A DNA stretch of 64,000 bases from an uncultured Gammaproteobacteria bacterium (GTDB lineage Bacteria; Patescibacteriota; Patescibacteriia; Buchananbacterales; UBA6539), in the NCBI GenBank assembly GCA_964540635.1, contig CAZINP010000001.1:93364-157363 (forward strand), read 5' to 3'. Below, in pieces: positions 1-9,481 of this stretch. A model generated the notes under the pieces. The model worked only from the letters and a program-made list of their open reading frames with translations. It had not been told where the DNA came from and made no database searches. The translations under genes were made by a program, and so were the position numbers. The first letter of the stretch is position 1. Every line of letters starts with the position of its first letter.

Positions 1-192
1 GCTGCGGCTTCTATCATGGCCAAGGTTACTCGCGATCGGATAATGATTGAACTCGGAAAAAAATACCCGGCTTGGGGGTTTGAAAAACACAAAGGCTATG
101 GAACCAAAAAACACCTTGAGATGATTTCTCAATTTGGAATTTGTCGTCAGCATCGCCAAAGCTTTATGCCGATAAAAAATTTGCTAAAATAG
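1..192 (+). CDS. rnhB: Ribonuclease HII, C-terminal fragment (5' end lies outside the window)
   Basis: Frame 1 translates to ...[48 protein letters not shown]..., a typical RNase HII C-terminus, with a stop at 190-192. Confidence 0.7.
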   Translation, partial: AAASIMAKVTRDRIMIELGKKYPAWGFEKHKGYGTKKHLEMISQFGICRQHRQSFMPIKNLLK

Positions 193-237
193 TTATTTAT
201 TGTATACTAAAAAAAGATAATTCATGGCAAAAACAAA

Positions 238-792
238 ATGGTTTATTCAACCAGAGGCAAAGAATTATTGAATCCGGAGGAAATATTTAAGCGCCTGGGC
301 ATCAAAGAGGGTGATCGCGTGGCGCATTTGGGCTGTGGAGGCGCCGCCCAGTTTGTCGTGCCGGCCGCTAAACTCGTGGGCAAAGAATCAATCCTTTACG
401 CGGTTGATATTTTAAAACCGGTTTTAGAAGCCACAATTAGCAAAGCCCGATTGGAAGGAGTTTACAATATAAAAGCCGTTTGGTCCGATTTGGAAGTTTA
501 TGGCGCCACCCGCATTCCGGCCGAAAGCCTAGACAGCGCTTTCCTTATTAATATATTATACGAATCAAAAAATCAGCTTGAGATTATCAAAGAGGCCGCA
601 CGTTTAATAAAACCAAGTGGCAAATTGCTGATTGTTGATTGGAGCCAAAAGCCGGGCCCGATCGGTCCGAGCTTACAGGCTAGAACTAATCAAAAAAAGG
701 TCGAGGAAATGCTTAGAGAAAACAATTTAAAAATTATTGACCAGTTTCAGGCCGGCACTTACCACTACGGCCTGATCGCCGAAAAATCATGA
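238..792 (+). CDS. Class I SAM-dependent methyltransferase
   Basis: SAM-binding glycine-rich motif VAHLGCGGA plus LIKPSGKLLIVDW. Confidence 0.65.
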   Translation: MVYSTRGKELLNPEEIFKRLGIKEGDRVAHLGCGGAAQFVVPAAKLVGKESILYAVDILKPVLEATISKARLEGVYNIKAVWSDLEVYGATRIPAESLDSAFLINILYESKNQLEIIKEAARLIKPSGKLLIVDWSQKPGPIGPSLQARTNQKKVEEMLRENNLKIIDQFQAGTYHYGLIAEKS

Positions 793-1190
793 ATTACTTA
801 ATTTCATTTTTCCGCTTATCACATTTATTTTATCTTCGCCCGCAACCAATGGTTTGGCGTGGGGTGATAATTCTGATTGTAATTAACTGCCTTTTAATCG
901 TTTTGGGCCTTGTTGCTTTTTTTGCCGCACCCAAAATCAAAGACGGGCTGAAAGTTAAAGGTTTGAGAAAAATCGTGCACATGGGTTTAACCATGGGCAT
1001 TCTCGGTTTGGTTTACATCTTTTTTGCCTGGCAAGGTGTGGCTTTTCTTGCTGCCAGGTTTTGGATTTTAATTTGGGCGATTACTATTTTAGTTTGGCTT
1101 GCCTTTATTGCCAAGTATATGATTAAAGAGGTGCCAAAATTACGAGCCAGAATTGAAGACAAAAGAAAATTTGATAAATACATTCCCTAA
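789..1190 (+). CDS. Hypothetical membrane protein
   Basis: Four hydrophobic helices. ATGA start/stop overlap with the upstream gene. Confidence 0.5.
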   Translation: MNYLISFFRLSHLFYLRPQPMVWRGVIILIVINCLLIVLGLVAFFAAPKIKDGLKVKGLRKIVHMGLTMGILGLVYIFFAWQGVAFLAARFWILIWAITILVWLAFIAKYMIKEVPKLRARIEDKRKFDKYIP

Positions 1191-1246
1191 AACACAAGCA
1201 ATCAACATAGCGCCCCGAAAAACGGGGTGCTTTTAATTAAACCAAT

Positions 1247-1612
1247 ATGGACAAAAAACTTCTCGGCCGATTGGGCGAAAGATTGGCTAAAAACTTTTTG
1301 GAAAAAAATGGTTTTGAAATTCTTGAAAAAAATTATTTTGTCGGCAAGCTGGGGGAAATAGATTTAATTGCAAAAAAGAATAATCTTTTGCATTTTATTG
1401 AGGTTAAAACCAGAACCAATAAAAACTTCGGTTGGCCCGAAGAAAGCGTAGGAAAAACAAAATTAGAAAAAATAATTCTTTGTGCTCATGAATATTTAAG
1501 TGAGAATCAATTAAATAATTTATGGGAAATTGATGTTATTGCCATTTCCATAAATTTTCAAAAACGCCAAGCCAACCTCAGATTTATAAAAAATGTTTCA
1601 ATTGATAAATAA
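1247..1612 (+). CDS. YraN-family endonuclease (UPF0102)
   Basis: LGEKLAxxFLxxxGFxIL...IDLIA...LHFIEVKTR motif set. Confidence 0.7.
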   Translation: MDKKLLGRLGERLAKNFLEKNGFEILEKNYFVGKLGEIDLIAKKNNLLHFIEVKTRTNKNFGWPEESVGKTKLEKIILCAHEYLSENQLNNLWEIDVIAISINFQKRQANLRFIKNVSIDK

Positions 1613-1621
1613 AAACCGTTC

Positions 1622-1650
1622 TTGACAAAAACATTAAAATAATCTATACT
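1622..1650 (+). promoter_or_regulatory. Sigma70-like promoter: TTGACA, 17-nt spacer, TATACT
   Basis: Consensus hexamers with 17-nt spacing. Confidence 0.55.
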
Positions 1651-1674
1651 ATTTTTAATAGAGATCAGTTGAAA

Positions 1675-1702
1675 CGGTAGCCAGTGGCTACCGAATTTTT
1701 TT
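1675..1702 (+). terminator. Intrinsic-terminator-like hairpin (cggtagcc/ggctaccg followed by a T7 run) in the nusA leader
   Basis: An 8-bp GC-rich stem followed by aattttttt, lying about 25 nt downstream of the promoter and 40 nt upstream of nusA. Confidence 0.5.
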
Positions 1703-1741
1703 GCCAAATTATTAATTATAAATAAATTAACTTAAAAAAAT

Positions 1742-2995
1742 ATGGATCAACATTCAATTGCCGAAGCCGTCAAACAAATTTGCGACGAAAAGGGAATTTC
1801 CGTTGAGGCTGTTACTCAAACCATTGAAGCGGCTTTAGCGGCCGCTTATCGCAAAGACTTTGGCGAAAAAAACCAAAACATCAAAGCGGAATTTGACTTG
1901 GAAACCGGCAAGGTCAAAGTTTTTGACATTAAAACCGTGGTGGAAGATTTGCCGCCAGAACTTTTGGAAGAACTAAATCGCCAAAAGGAAGAAGAAGCCA
2001 AAGATGCCAAAGATATTAAAAAAGAAGTAAAGAAAAAATTAAAGGAAGAGGTGGAAGAAAAAAAGTCAGAAGCGGCCGAAGGAGACGAAGAAGAAGTCAG
2101 ACGCTTTAATCCTAAAACCGAACTTCAGGTAAGCGATGCCAAAAAAATTAAAAAGTCATACGATGTTGGCGATGAGATAAAAACCCAGTTGGAAGTGCCG
2201 GGTGATTTCGGACGCATGGCCGCTCAGACCGCCAAACAAGTCATTATCCAAAAGCTGCGCGAAACCGAACGCGAAACCATTTTTGAAGACTTCAAAGCCA
2301 AAGAAGGCCAAATCTTAATGGGCACAATTCAGCGCCGAGAAGGCAATTTGGTTTTGGTAGATATGGGCCGAATCAGCGCCATTTTACCGCCGGAAGAACA
2401 AATCCGCGGTGAAAATTATACCCCGGGTGCCGGCATGAAATTTTTTGTCGTCTCGGTCAATTCCACGACCAAAGGTCCGGAAGTGGTTGTTTCGCGCTCT
2501 CATCCGGAAATTGTCAAAAAATTATTTGATTTGGAAATTCCGGAAATTCAATCCGGTGTGGTGGTTATTAAATCCGTAGCCAGAGAAGCCGGCTCTAGAA
2601 GTAAAATCGCCGTCTTTACCGACCAAGAAAATATTGATCCGATCGGTTCGTGCATTGGCCAGCGCGGCGCCAGAATCCAAACCATCATCTCTGAACTCAA
2701 AGGTGAAAAAATTGATATCATTAAATATTCTGATGATCCCAAAGAATTTATCACCAATGCTTTGTCACCGGCCAAGATAAATGAAATCACCATAAACGAA
2801 GAAGAAAAAGTGGCAACTGCCAAAGTGCCGGAAGATCAATTGTCTTTAGCCATTGGGCGCTCCGGCCAAAATGTCAGATTAGCCGCCAAATTAACGGGCT
2901 GGAAAATTGACATTGTTTCCGAGTCAGGCAAAAAAATTGATGAGGAAGAAATTGAACAAGAAGAATCGGAAGAAGAATCTTCTGACGAAGAATAA
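1742..2995 (+). CDS. nusA: Transcription termination/antitermination factor NusA
   Basis: N-terminal domain, an S1 region, KH motifs (IGSCIGQRGARIQ, IGRSGQNVRLA) and an acidic tail. Confidence 0.9.
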   Translation: MDQHSIAEAVKQICDEKGISVEAVTQTIEAALAAAYRKDFGEKNQNIKAEFDLETGKVKVFDIKTVVEDLPPELLEELNRQKEEEAKDAKDIKKEVKKKLKEEVEEKKSEAAEGDEEEVRRFNPKTELQVSDAKKIKKSYDVGDEIKTQLEVPGDFGRMAAQTAKQVIIQKLRETERETIFEDFKAKEGQILMGTIQRREGNLVLVDMGRISAILPPEEQIRGENYTPGAGMKFFVVSVNSTTKGPEVVVSRSHPEIVKKLFDLEIPEIQSGVVVIKSVAREAGSRSKIAVFTDQENIDPIGSCIGQRGARIQTIISELKGEKIDIIKYSDDPKEFITNALSPAKINEITINEEEKVATAKVPEDQLSLAIGRSGQNVRLAAKLTGWKIDIVSESGKKIDEEEIEQEESEEESSDEE

Positions 2996-3033
2996 AACAG
3001 TATTAATTAATTTGTTTATCCCAATTATTGCTT

Positions 3034-4320
3034 ATGAAAATTGAAGTAAAATCCCTGCCCCGAGCTCAAGCTGAAATCGTGGTGGAACTAAGCCTAGAAG
3101 AATATCAACCTCACTTAGAACAAGCGGCAATTAGAATTTCCGAGCAAATTAAAATTCCCGGCTTTCGCCCGGGTAAAGCCGGTTTGGATATTGTCAAAGC
3201 CAAAGTCGGCGAAAAGGAAATCTGGACCGAAGCTTTTGAAGGCGCGGTCAAAAAAACCTTGTTTGCCGCTTTGCTAGAGAAAAAAATCGATTCAGTCGGC
3301 CAGCCGGAAATTGACATAGTCAAATTGGAACCGGGCCAGCCCGTTATCTACAAAGCCATTGTTAATTTGTTTCCGGAAATAAAACTGGCTGACTACAAAA
3401 ATTTAAGCGTCACCAAAAAACCGATTGAAATCAAAGAAGAAAAGGTTGAGCAAACGCTTAAAGACTTGCAAAAAATGCGCGCCAAAGAAGTTTTGGTGGA
3501 GCGCCCGGCAAAAAAAGGCGATAAAGCCGAAATTAATTTTGCCGCCTTTATGGACAAGGTGCCAATTGAAAACGGCCAACACCAAAAATACCCGATTGTC
3601 ATTGGCGACGGCCAATTCATTCCCGGCTTTGAAGATAATTTAGTCGGCATGAAAAAAGATGAAGAAAAAACTTTCCCCCTAAAATTTCCGGAAAATTATC
3701 CGCAAAAGAATTTAAGCGGCCGCGAAGTGGAATTCAAAGTTAAAATGCTTGCCGTCTACGAAAGAGAATTGCCGGAAATCAACGACGAATTTGCCGCCGG
3801 TTTTGGCCAGTTTAAAAATTTAGCCGAAGCCAAAGAAAAAATCAGAGATAACTTAAAACACGAAGCCGAACACGAAGCGCATCATCAGCTAGAAGAATCA
3901 ATTATTGATTTGCTGATTGAAAAAAGCGAATTTTCCGATGTGCCGGATTTGCTGGTCAACTCTGAAGCCAAAAAAATGATGGAAGAACTGGAACAAAACG
4001 TAATGATGCAAGGCATGCCGTTTGATCAATATTTGGAAGGGTTGAAAAAGACCAAAGACGAAATGCTTTTGGAATTTGCCCCGCAAGCCTTAAAGCGCGT
4101 CAAAGGCGCTTTGGTTATGCGTCAGGTGGCTACGGCCGAAAACGTTCAAGCAACCGACGAGGAAATCAAGGCTGAAATTGAACGCATGTTAGCCTACTAC
4201 GGCAATGATGCGGAAATGGCCAAGAACTTCCAAACACCCAGCTACAAAGAATATGTTAAAAACATTCTGGCTTCCAGAAAAACCATGGCTAAACTGGAAG
4301 AAATAATGGTTAAAGAATAA
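3034..4320 (+). CDS. tig: Trigger factor
   Basis: FRPGKAG ribosome-binding signature and an FKBP-like PPIase segment (PGFEDNLVGMKKDE). Confidence 0.9.
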   Translation: MKIEVKSLPRAQAEIVVELSLEEYQPHLEQAAIRISEQIKIPGFRPGKAGLDIVKAKVGEKEIWTEAFEGAVKKTLFAALLEKKIDSVGQPEIDIVKLEPGQPVIYKAIVNLFPEIKLADYKNLSVTKKPIEIKEEKVEQTLKDLQKMRAKEVLVERPAKKGDKAEINFAAFMDKVPIENGQHQKYPIVIGDGQFIPGFEDNLVGMKKDEEKTFPLKFPENYPQKNLSGREVEFKVKMLAVYERELPEINDEFAAGFGQFKNLAEAKEKIRDNLKHEAEHEAHHQLEESIIDLLIEKSEFSDVPDLLVNSEAKKMMEELEQNVMMQGMPFDQYLEGLKKTKDEMLLEFAPQALKRVKGALVMRQVATAENVQATDEEIKAEIERMLAYYGNDAEMAKNFQTPSYKEYVKNILASRKTMAKLEEIMVKE

Positions 4321-4410
4321 AAAACTCAAATAGCAGACCGCCCCGAGTCTTCGGGGCGGTTTTGTATTAAAAGCGTTATTTTGATAGAATTAAGGCGGGA
4401 TATAATACCA
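4279..4410. repeat. Direct repeat copy 1 (tig 3' end, terminator and downstream sequence)
   Basis: About 92% identical to 7088-7218, including compensatory changes in the terminator loop. Confidence 0.85.
4337..4367 (+). terminator. Intrinsic terminator after tig
   Basis: accgccccga / tcggggcggt stem followed by a T tract. Confidence 0.7.
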
Positions 4411-4479
4411 ATATATTAACAATAATTAGGAATTCAATATAAAAAGTGTGTTGATTTTATTAAATAACTCAATAAAACT

Positions 4480-5127
4480 ATGAAAAAAACTGTTCTAATC
4501 GCTCTGCTTGGTTTTAGTTTAACTTTGATTGGTTGTGTTCAACAAACTCCGGCAGAAAACCAAGACATAAGTCAGCCAACACTAAATGTTAATCAAAGCA
4601 CAAATCAACCGGCTGTAAATCTTAATCAGGGTGCTAACACCAACCAACCAACCGCAAATGTGAATCAAAATGTAAATACTAACACCAATAAACCAGTTGA
4701 TGCTTATGCAGATTGGCGAACTTACACTCACCCGTTCTATGGCTGGAAAATTAAATATCCAAAAGATTGGCAGTTTAAAGAATTTAATCAAAGTATTGCT
4801 TTTGCTCCACAAAATATCTCTTTGGAGCAAGAGTGGACTTCGGGCGCTATTGTATGGATAGTCTACCAAAATCCTGATCAACTAAGCTTGGAAGAATTTT
4901 TTAATGGCACGAATCAACCAAACTACTTCAATGACGCCGCAAATGGAATAGCAAACATTACTGTCGATGGGGTTTTGTCGAAAAAATTTAACGGCGTACC
5001 CGGCATGGTAGCATATACTATTTCTACAATTCCAAAAGGTGCAGTAATTGTTGAGCTTAGGGATAATGGAGAAAAACATAAAACTGATGGTATTTATGAT
5101 ATGATGCTTCAAAGTATAGATTTCTAA
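4480..5127 (+). CDS. Lipoprotein with an N/Q-rich low-complexity region
   Basis: Signal peptide and lipobox LTLIGC, followed by NQ-rich repeats (NVNQSTNQPAVNLNQGANTNQP...). Confidence 0.6.
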   Translation: MKKTVLIALLGFSLTLIGCVQQTPAENQDISQPTLNVNQSTNQPAVNLNQGANTNQPTANVNQNVNTNTNKPVDAYADWRTYTHPFYGWKIKYPKDWQFKEFNQSIAFAPQNISLEQEWTSGAIVWIVYQNPDQLSLEEFFNGTNQPNYFNDAANGIANITVDGVLSKKFNGVPGMVAYTISTIPKGAVIVELRDNGEKHKTDGIYDMMLQSIDF

Positions 5128-5305
5128 GTAATAAAAATAAATACAACGGCATGTAACGCGGTTTTGGCTAAAACAGGCAAAGACCGAATCACTAAAACCC
5201 GACGCTATGTGTAATACATTTTGGAACACTAGGAATACGAATTTACTCTTTTCAGTCCATAAATTAAAGCGATTAGAACTTTCAATAAACTCTAATTAAA
5301 AAACT

Positions 5306-7054
5306 ATGGCATATGAAAAAATAAGGCCAAAATTTGGCAAAAAATTATTAGGACTAACTTTATTTGTATTGGTACTAATTGGTATGGGGGGAGGAACTGT
5401 CTATGCGTCAACCAGCGCTTTACCGGGCGATCTACTTTATCCAATAAAAGTAAACTTTACCGAGGAATTGGAGGCAGCCACTAAACTATCCGATCAAGCA
5501 AAAGCCGAATGGGCAATTGAAAGAATCAATAGAAGGCTGAACGAAATAGATCAGATACTTTTAGTATTGGATGATGTTGACCCAAAAATCATTCAATCAA
5601 TTCAGACAAATGTGGAAAAAAGCGGTTCAAACGCCATAATAGCCGCCCAATCCTTAGACTCTGAATCTGTTTCAAAGATTTTATCCAAATTGCAAACAGC
5701 AACCGAATCATACAGTACCACCTTAGGTTCTATCCCCGAAAATACAACTGACGAAGAAATTGGAACTGCCTTAAACACAATTCTTGAAAATGTCCAGGAC
5801 GTAGAAAAAGAAACGCAAAAAATCGCTTTAAGTTTTTTCGTGGGACAAAATTTTTTTCCGGATGACAAAAACACACAACCTAAAAATAATCAAAATATTG
5901 GGAAAATAAATATTATTAGTCCCAAAATCGGAACCCAATTAGTTTCCGGGGTAGCCACAACCATTGCTTGGGAGCCTGTAGAAAAGGCCAGATCATACGA
6001 AGTGACTGTTACTCATCCGGGAGGTGAAGTAATCGGCCTCATTTTTGGTCAGATTCGCAGAACATCGGATGCTTCATATCAAATGGAAACGAGCATTCTC
6101 TGGCCCGCTGACTATTATCACGGACCTGCGCCGGAACTTAAAATAAATACTCTTGCGCCAGGTTACTATAAAATCAAAATAAGGGCCGAGGATTTTGATG
6201 GGAATGTATATATTGGAGAGTCAGAAAACTTTTCCATTGTAGCGCCCGAAAGCGACCGAGGAATACTGGCCGTGGAAATAATAAATCAAAAAGATAACCC
6301 AATCAATGAAAGCAAAGTCAAAATTGAATCGCAGTCAAATCAACAAAATTACGAGGCGACCGCCGATTCGAATGGCTTAGCTGTCATCAATCATATGCAA
6401 CCGGGCATATATAATGTTGAAGTGATTCCACCGAACTCATATTACAGCGCCAGATTCTCAGTTTATATTCAAGCGGGAAAAACCGCCCATCGAATTGTTC
6501 GCCTGGGCAGTAAAACCGAACCATTATCACAAGAATATGAAAATAAAGATGATTATGTTTCACCCACGATAAAAGTAAACGTGGAGGACGTATTGCCAAG
6601 CTCTATCTCGGCTAAAGAAAACTCCGGAAAATCCATCCTATTTGCACGCGCAAGTTTGACGCCGGATGATTCTATTGCATTTAATCGATTAAAACTTGGT
6701 TGTGCCGGCGACAGTCGCGCCTTCAGCGGTGCAACACTTACTACAAGCAACGGCATTTCCAAAAATATCCAAATGCGCCCAACATACGGCGGATTTGAAT
6801 TGGAAGTTGCCGTAAAAGATATCGATTTCAGTATTTTAAAAGATGAAACAACTACGATTTCGCTTTTCTTGAATGTTCGTGACTTAGACCAAGCCATTGC
6901 ATCAGGCGCACAATATCCAAAAAAAATCTCATGCGGTTTACAAGAGATTACTTTTGTAAGTCAGCGAACAGGTCGTCCAATATCACAAAAATATTTTGAC
7001 ATTAATGTAATTACAGCAATACGGGCACTAAAAACTACTCTGACAAAAGAATAA
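5306..7054 (+). CDS. N-terminally membrane-anchored secreted protein, hypothetical
   Basis: Single N-terminal TM helix, then a PGDLLYPIK motif region. Long ORF with uniform coding bias. Confidence 0.55.
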   Translation: MAYEKIRPKFGKKLLGLTLFVLVLIGMGGGTVYASTSALPGDLLYPIKVNFTEELEAATKLSDQAKAEWAIERINRRLNEIDQILLVLDDVDPKIIQSIQTNVEKSGSNAIIAAQSLDSESVSKILSKLQTATESYSTTLGSIPENTTDEEIGTALNTILENVQDVEKETQKIALSFFVGQNFFPDDKNTQPKNNQNIGKINIISPKIGTQLVSGVATTIAWEPVEKARSYEVTVTHPGGEVIGLIFGQIRRTSDASYQMETSILWPADYYHGPAPELKINTLAPGYYKIKIRAEDFDGNVYIGESENFSIVAPESDRGILAVEIINQKDNPINESKVKIESQSNQQNYEATADSNGLAVINHMQPGIYNVEVIPPNSYYSARFSVYIQAGKTAHRIVRLGSKTEPLSQEYENKDDYVSPTIKVNVEDVLPSSISAKENSGKSILFARASLTPDDSIAFNRLKLGCAGDSRAFSGATLTTSNGISKNIQMRPTYGGFELEVAVKDIDFSILKDETTTISLFLNVRDLDQAIASGAQYPKKISCGLQEITFVSQRTGRPISQKYFDINVITAIRALKTTLTKE

Positions 7055-7087
7055 TTCAACCATAGATTTTAATGATTAGCCTTCCAC

Positions 7088-7218
7088 AAAACCATGGCCA
7101 AAATCGAAGAAATAATGGTTAAAGAATAAAAACCTCAAATAGCAAACCGCCCCGAAGATTCGGGGCGGTTTTGTATTAAAAGCGGTATTTTGATAGAATT
7201 AAGGCGGGATATAATGAT
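7088..7218. repeat. Direct repeat copy 2 (orphan duplicate of the tig 3' end and terminator)
   Basis: Encodes a KTMAKIEEIMVKE* remnant followed by the same hairpin. Confidence 0.85.
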
Positions 7219-7308
7219 ATTATGTGCTCAATAAATTTTAATTATTTTCTCTAAAAATAGGCAAAATAATTGCCTGTTCGCATAAAAGTAGTTAAGTGAA
7301 ATTGAATT

Positions 7309-7743
7309 TTGGTTTATACTTCAAGCCGAGTCTTATTCAATAACAAAAAGCGTATGAAAATTTTTGCACAATTTGTTTCGAGTCTTGTGGGCGGCATATT
7401 GTTGGGCATCGTTGGTTTAGCTATTGGTGCTACAATTGGCGGCAATTTCGGCTTTCCAGAATTTGGAGGTAACGCCGGTTATGAATCTGGCGGTGTATTT
7501 TTTGCAATTGTTGGGATCTCACTTGGTAGCTTGCTCGGAATTATGGCAGTAAAAAAAATGCAAAAAGAGCAACACAAGTATACGGTCGCCTCAATTGCCG
7601 CCACCATTATGATTGTCATCGATGTTCTCTTGTTTGATTACAATATGCCGCCAGTTATTGCACTCACAATACTTTTGATGCCACCAATAGTATTAACAGT
7701 AATAACAAATTGGCAAAAATTTTCCAAAACAAAAAACTCATAA
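7309..7743 (+). CDS. Gly-rich small membrane protein
   Basis: Hydrophobic, glycine-rich helices. Confidence 0.45.
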   Translation: MVYTSSRVLFNNKKRMKIFAQFVSSLVGGILLGIVGLAIGATIGGNFGFPEFGGNAGYESGGVFFAIVGISLGSLLGIMAVKKMQKEQHKYTVASIAATIMIVIDVLLFDYNMPPVIALTILLMPPIVLTVITNWQKFSKTKNS

Positions 7744-7772
7744 CCAGAACCAAAATTCAACATCACTTAACA

Positions 7773-7874
7773 CGGCATAAGCGGCTACACTCCCTTTGGT
7801 CGTTTCGCCCATATTTGGCGCTGGTGTAGCACTCCGTGCTAAAATTGTACCAGCGCCAAACATCGTTTATGCCG
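7773..7874. repeat. Palindromic structured element A (nested stems)
   Basis: Outer stem cggcataa/ttatgccg, inner stem ggcgctggt/accagcgcc, central hairpin tagcac-tcc-gtgcta. Confidence 0.6.
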
Positions 7875-7908
7875 GGACGTTAGTAAAAATACTAGCAATT
7901 TTATAAAC

Positions 7909-9339
7909 ATGAAATTCTCTGAATTATTTAACGTAAAACGGAATCGTAATGATGACTGGTTTGATCCCATATTGGAATATGACACCAAACTTTTCATTGA
8001 TCCTTTTATAATATATAAAAAAGGATCAGGAATTTTTCAAGGTGCACATAAAAAAATTATTAATTTTTTCAATGAATCTTTAAAGGTTGTTGCGAAAGCT
8101 GACACTGACACTAAAAATTTATTTTACAAAAAATCGAAATCAATATTAGTCTTTCCCGAGGTTGAAGAATTATGCTTGGGTTATACAGTCGCAGGAACCA
8201 GTGGCGCCGGCTCAGGTCTAGAATTTGCTGAAATTATGATAGAGGCAATAAAGACTGCGCTAGCTAGGGGGGTTCAAAATATTCAGCACCTTGAAGAATT
8301 AGAAATTCTAAATACTGGTATTGGCGCCGATCGCATAAGCGATATCACAGCAAATATTTTAAAAAAAGAACTGATTGCTTATACTCAAAATATTTGCAAA
8401 AAATACAGCATACCAACAGCGCAAATCAAAATTAGAAATTCTGATTTCGATTTTAATAATCAAAGGTGGCTTTCTGAATCTATTAATCTACCGATTAACC
8501 CCAAAAATTCTAAAGCAATACTACTGGTACCTCAAAATTTTTTAGATGAACTTCCAGAAATCAACTCATCTAATTTCTGGGATTATTTATGCAACTACGA
8601 GAACAAAAGACTGAGAAACGATTTTAATTTTGACATATCGCAAAAAGTTGATAAAAAAACTATCGTGGAAATTGCGAGAAATCATCCCGATCTTCTTAAA
8701 AAGTATATTGATCGTGAAGAAAGCCATGGAAAAGCGACTCCATACAACTTTAAACAAGATTATAAAAATTTGATAAAATGGCACGATCGTGGCCAAATTT
8801 TTGTCAATAATAATCCCATACAATTAAAATCGCCAAATACAAACTCAGAATTTGATGAAGTGATCAAAAAAATTACTAATGCCTACAAAAATTTTGTTGA
8901 AAACCAAGGTGGCAATGAACTTCTTTGGAATGATAATGGTACTAAGCGAAATGAAAGTGCTGCTCAAAGAGCCTTTGCTGGTATAGCCATTCCTTATTGC
9001 CAAATTAATAATATAGACGTATCCAAGGAGGCAAATTTTGGTCGAGGCCCAGTAGATTTTAAATTTTCTACTGGCTACCATGCTAGAAAACTTATCGAAG
9101 TTAAGAAAGCTAGTACTGCCAGTAGATTAATTGAAAAAATTAAAAATCAGCTACCAACCTATCTAAAGGCAGAAGATGTCAAGAAAGGTACTTACTTGAT
9201 AATCAAATACTCAAGAAATGATGAAAAAATAATTGATAAAATAAAAAAAGAGATCAATAATCTGAATAAAAATTCTAATTTTGACATTGATTATCAAGTA
9301 GTTAGTGCAGAAAAATTCCCTAGTGCATCACGATTATAA
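7909..9339 (+). CDS. Hypothetical protein with a C-terminal PD-(D/E)xK-like nuclease motif
   Basis: GRGPVDFKF...KLIEVKK has D...ExK spacing typical of restriction-endonuclease-fold proteins. The N-terminal 350 aa are unrecognised. Confidence 0.45.
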   Translation: MKFSELFNVKRNRNDDWFDPILEYDTKLFIDPFIIYKKGSGIFQGAHKKIINFFNESLKVVAKADTDTKNLFYKKSKSILVFPEVEELCLGYTVAGTSGAGSGLEFAEIMIEAIKTALARGVQNIQHLEELEILNTGIGADRISDITANILKKELIAYTQNICKKYSIPTAQIKIRNSDFDFNNQRWLSESINLPINPKNSKAILLVPQNFLDELPEINSSNFWDYLCNYENKRLRNDFNFDISQKVDKKTIVEIARNHPDLLKKYIDREESHGKATPYNFKQDYKNLIKWHDRGQIFVNNNPIQLKSPNTNSEFDEVIKKITNAYKNFVENQGGNELLWNDNGTKRNESAAQRAFAGIAIPYCQINNIDVSKEANFGRGPVDFKFSTGYHARKLIEVKKASTASRLIEKIKNQLPTYLKAEDVKKGTYLIIKYSRNDEKIIDKIKKEINNLNKNSNFDIDYQVVSAEKFPSASRL

Positions 9340-9363
9340 AAATTGCTAGTACTTCTACTAACA

Positions 9364-9451
9364 CCTGCTATACGAACATTGCTTGTCCCCGTTCGTGATG
9401 GACTCCGTCCAATTTTATCACGACGGTGACGGCGCAACGTCGTATAGCAGG
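9364..9451. repeat. Palindromic structured element B
   Basis: cctgctatacga / tcgtatagcagg 12-bp stem with inner stems ccgttcgtgat / atcacgacgg and gacg-gcgcaa-cgtc. Confidence 0.55.
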
Positions 9452-9481
9452 GTAACGTTGTATGCAATAAAATTAATTTTT

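Noticed and set aside
2548-5229. Minus-strand ORFs antisense to nusA, tig and the NQ lipoprotein
   Set aside because: Antisense to well-supported genes, with skewed compositions.
9383-9481. N-terminal extension of ORF 9383-9970
   Set aside because: The extension runs through palindromic element B and lacks an RBS. The start at MEINSKN (9482) precedes the TM helix.
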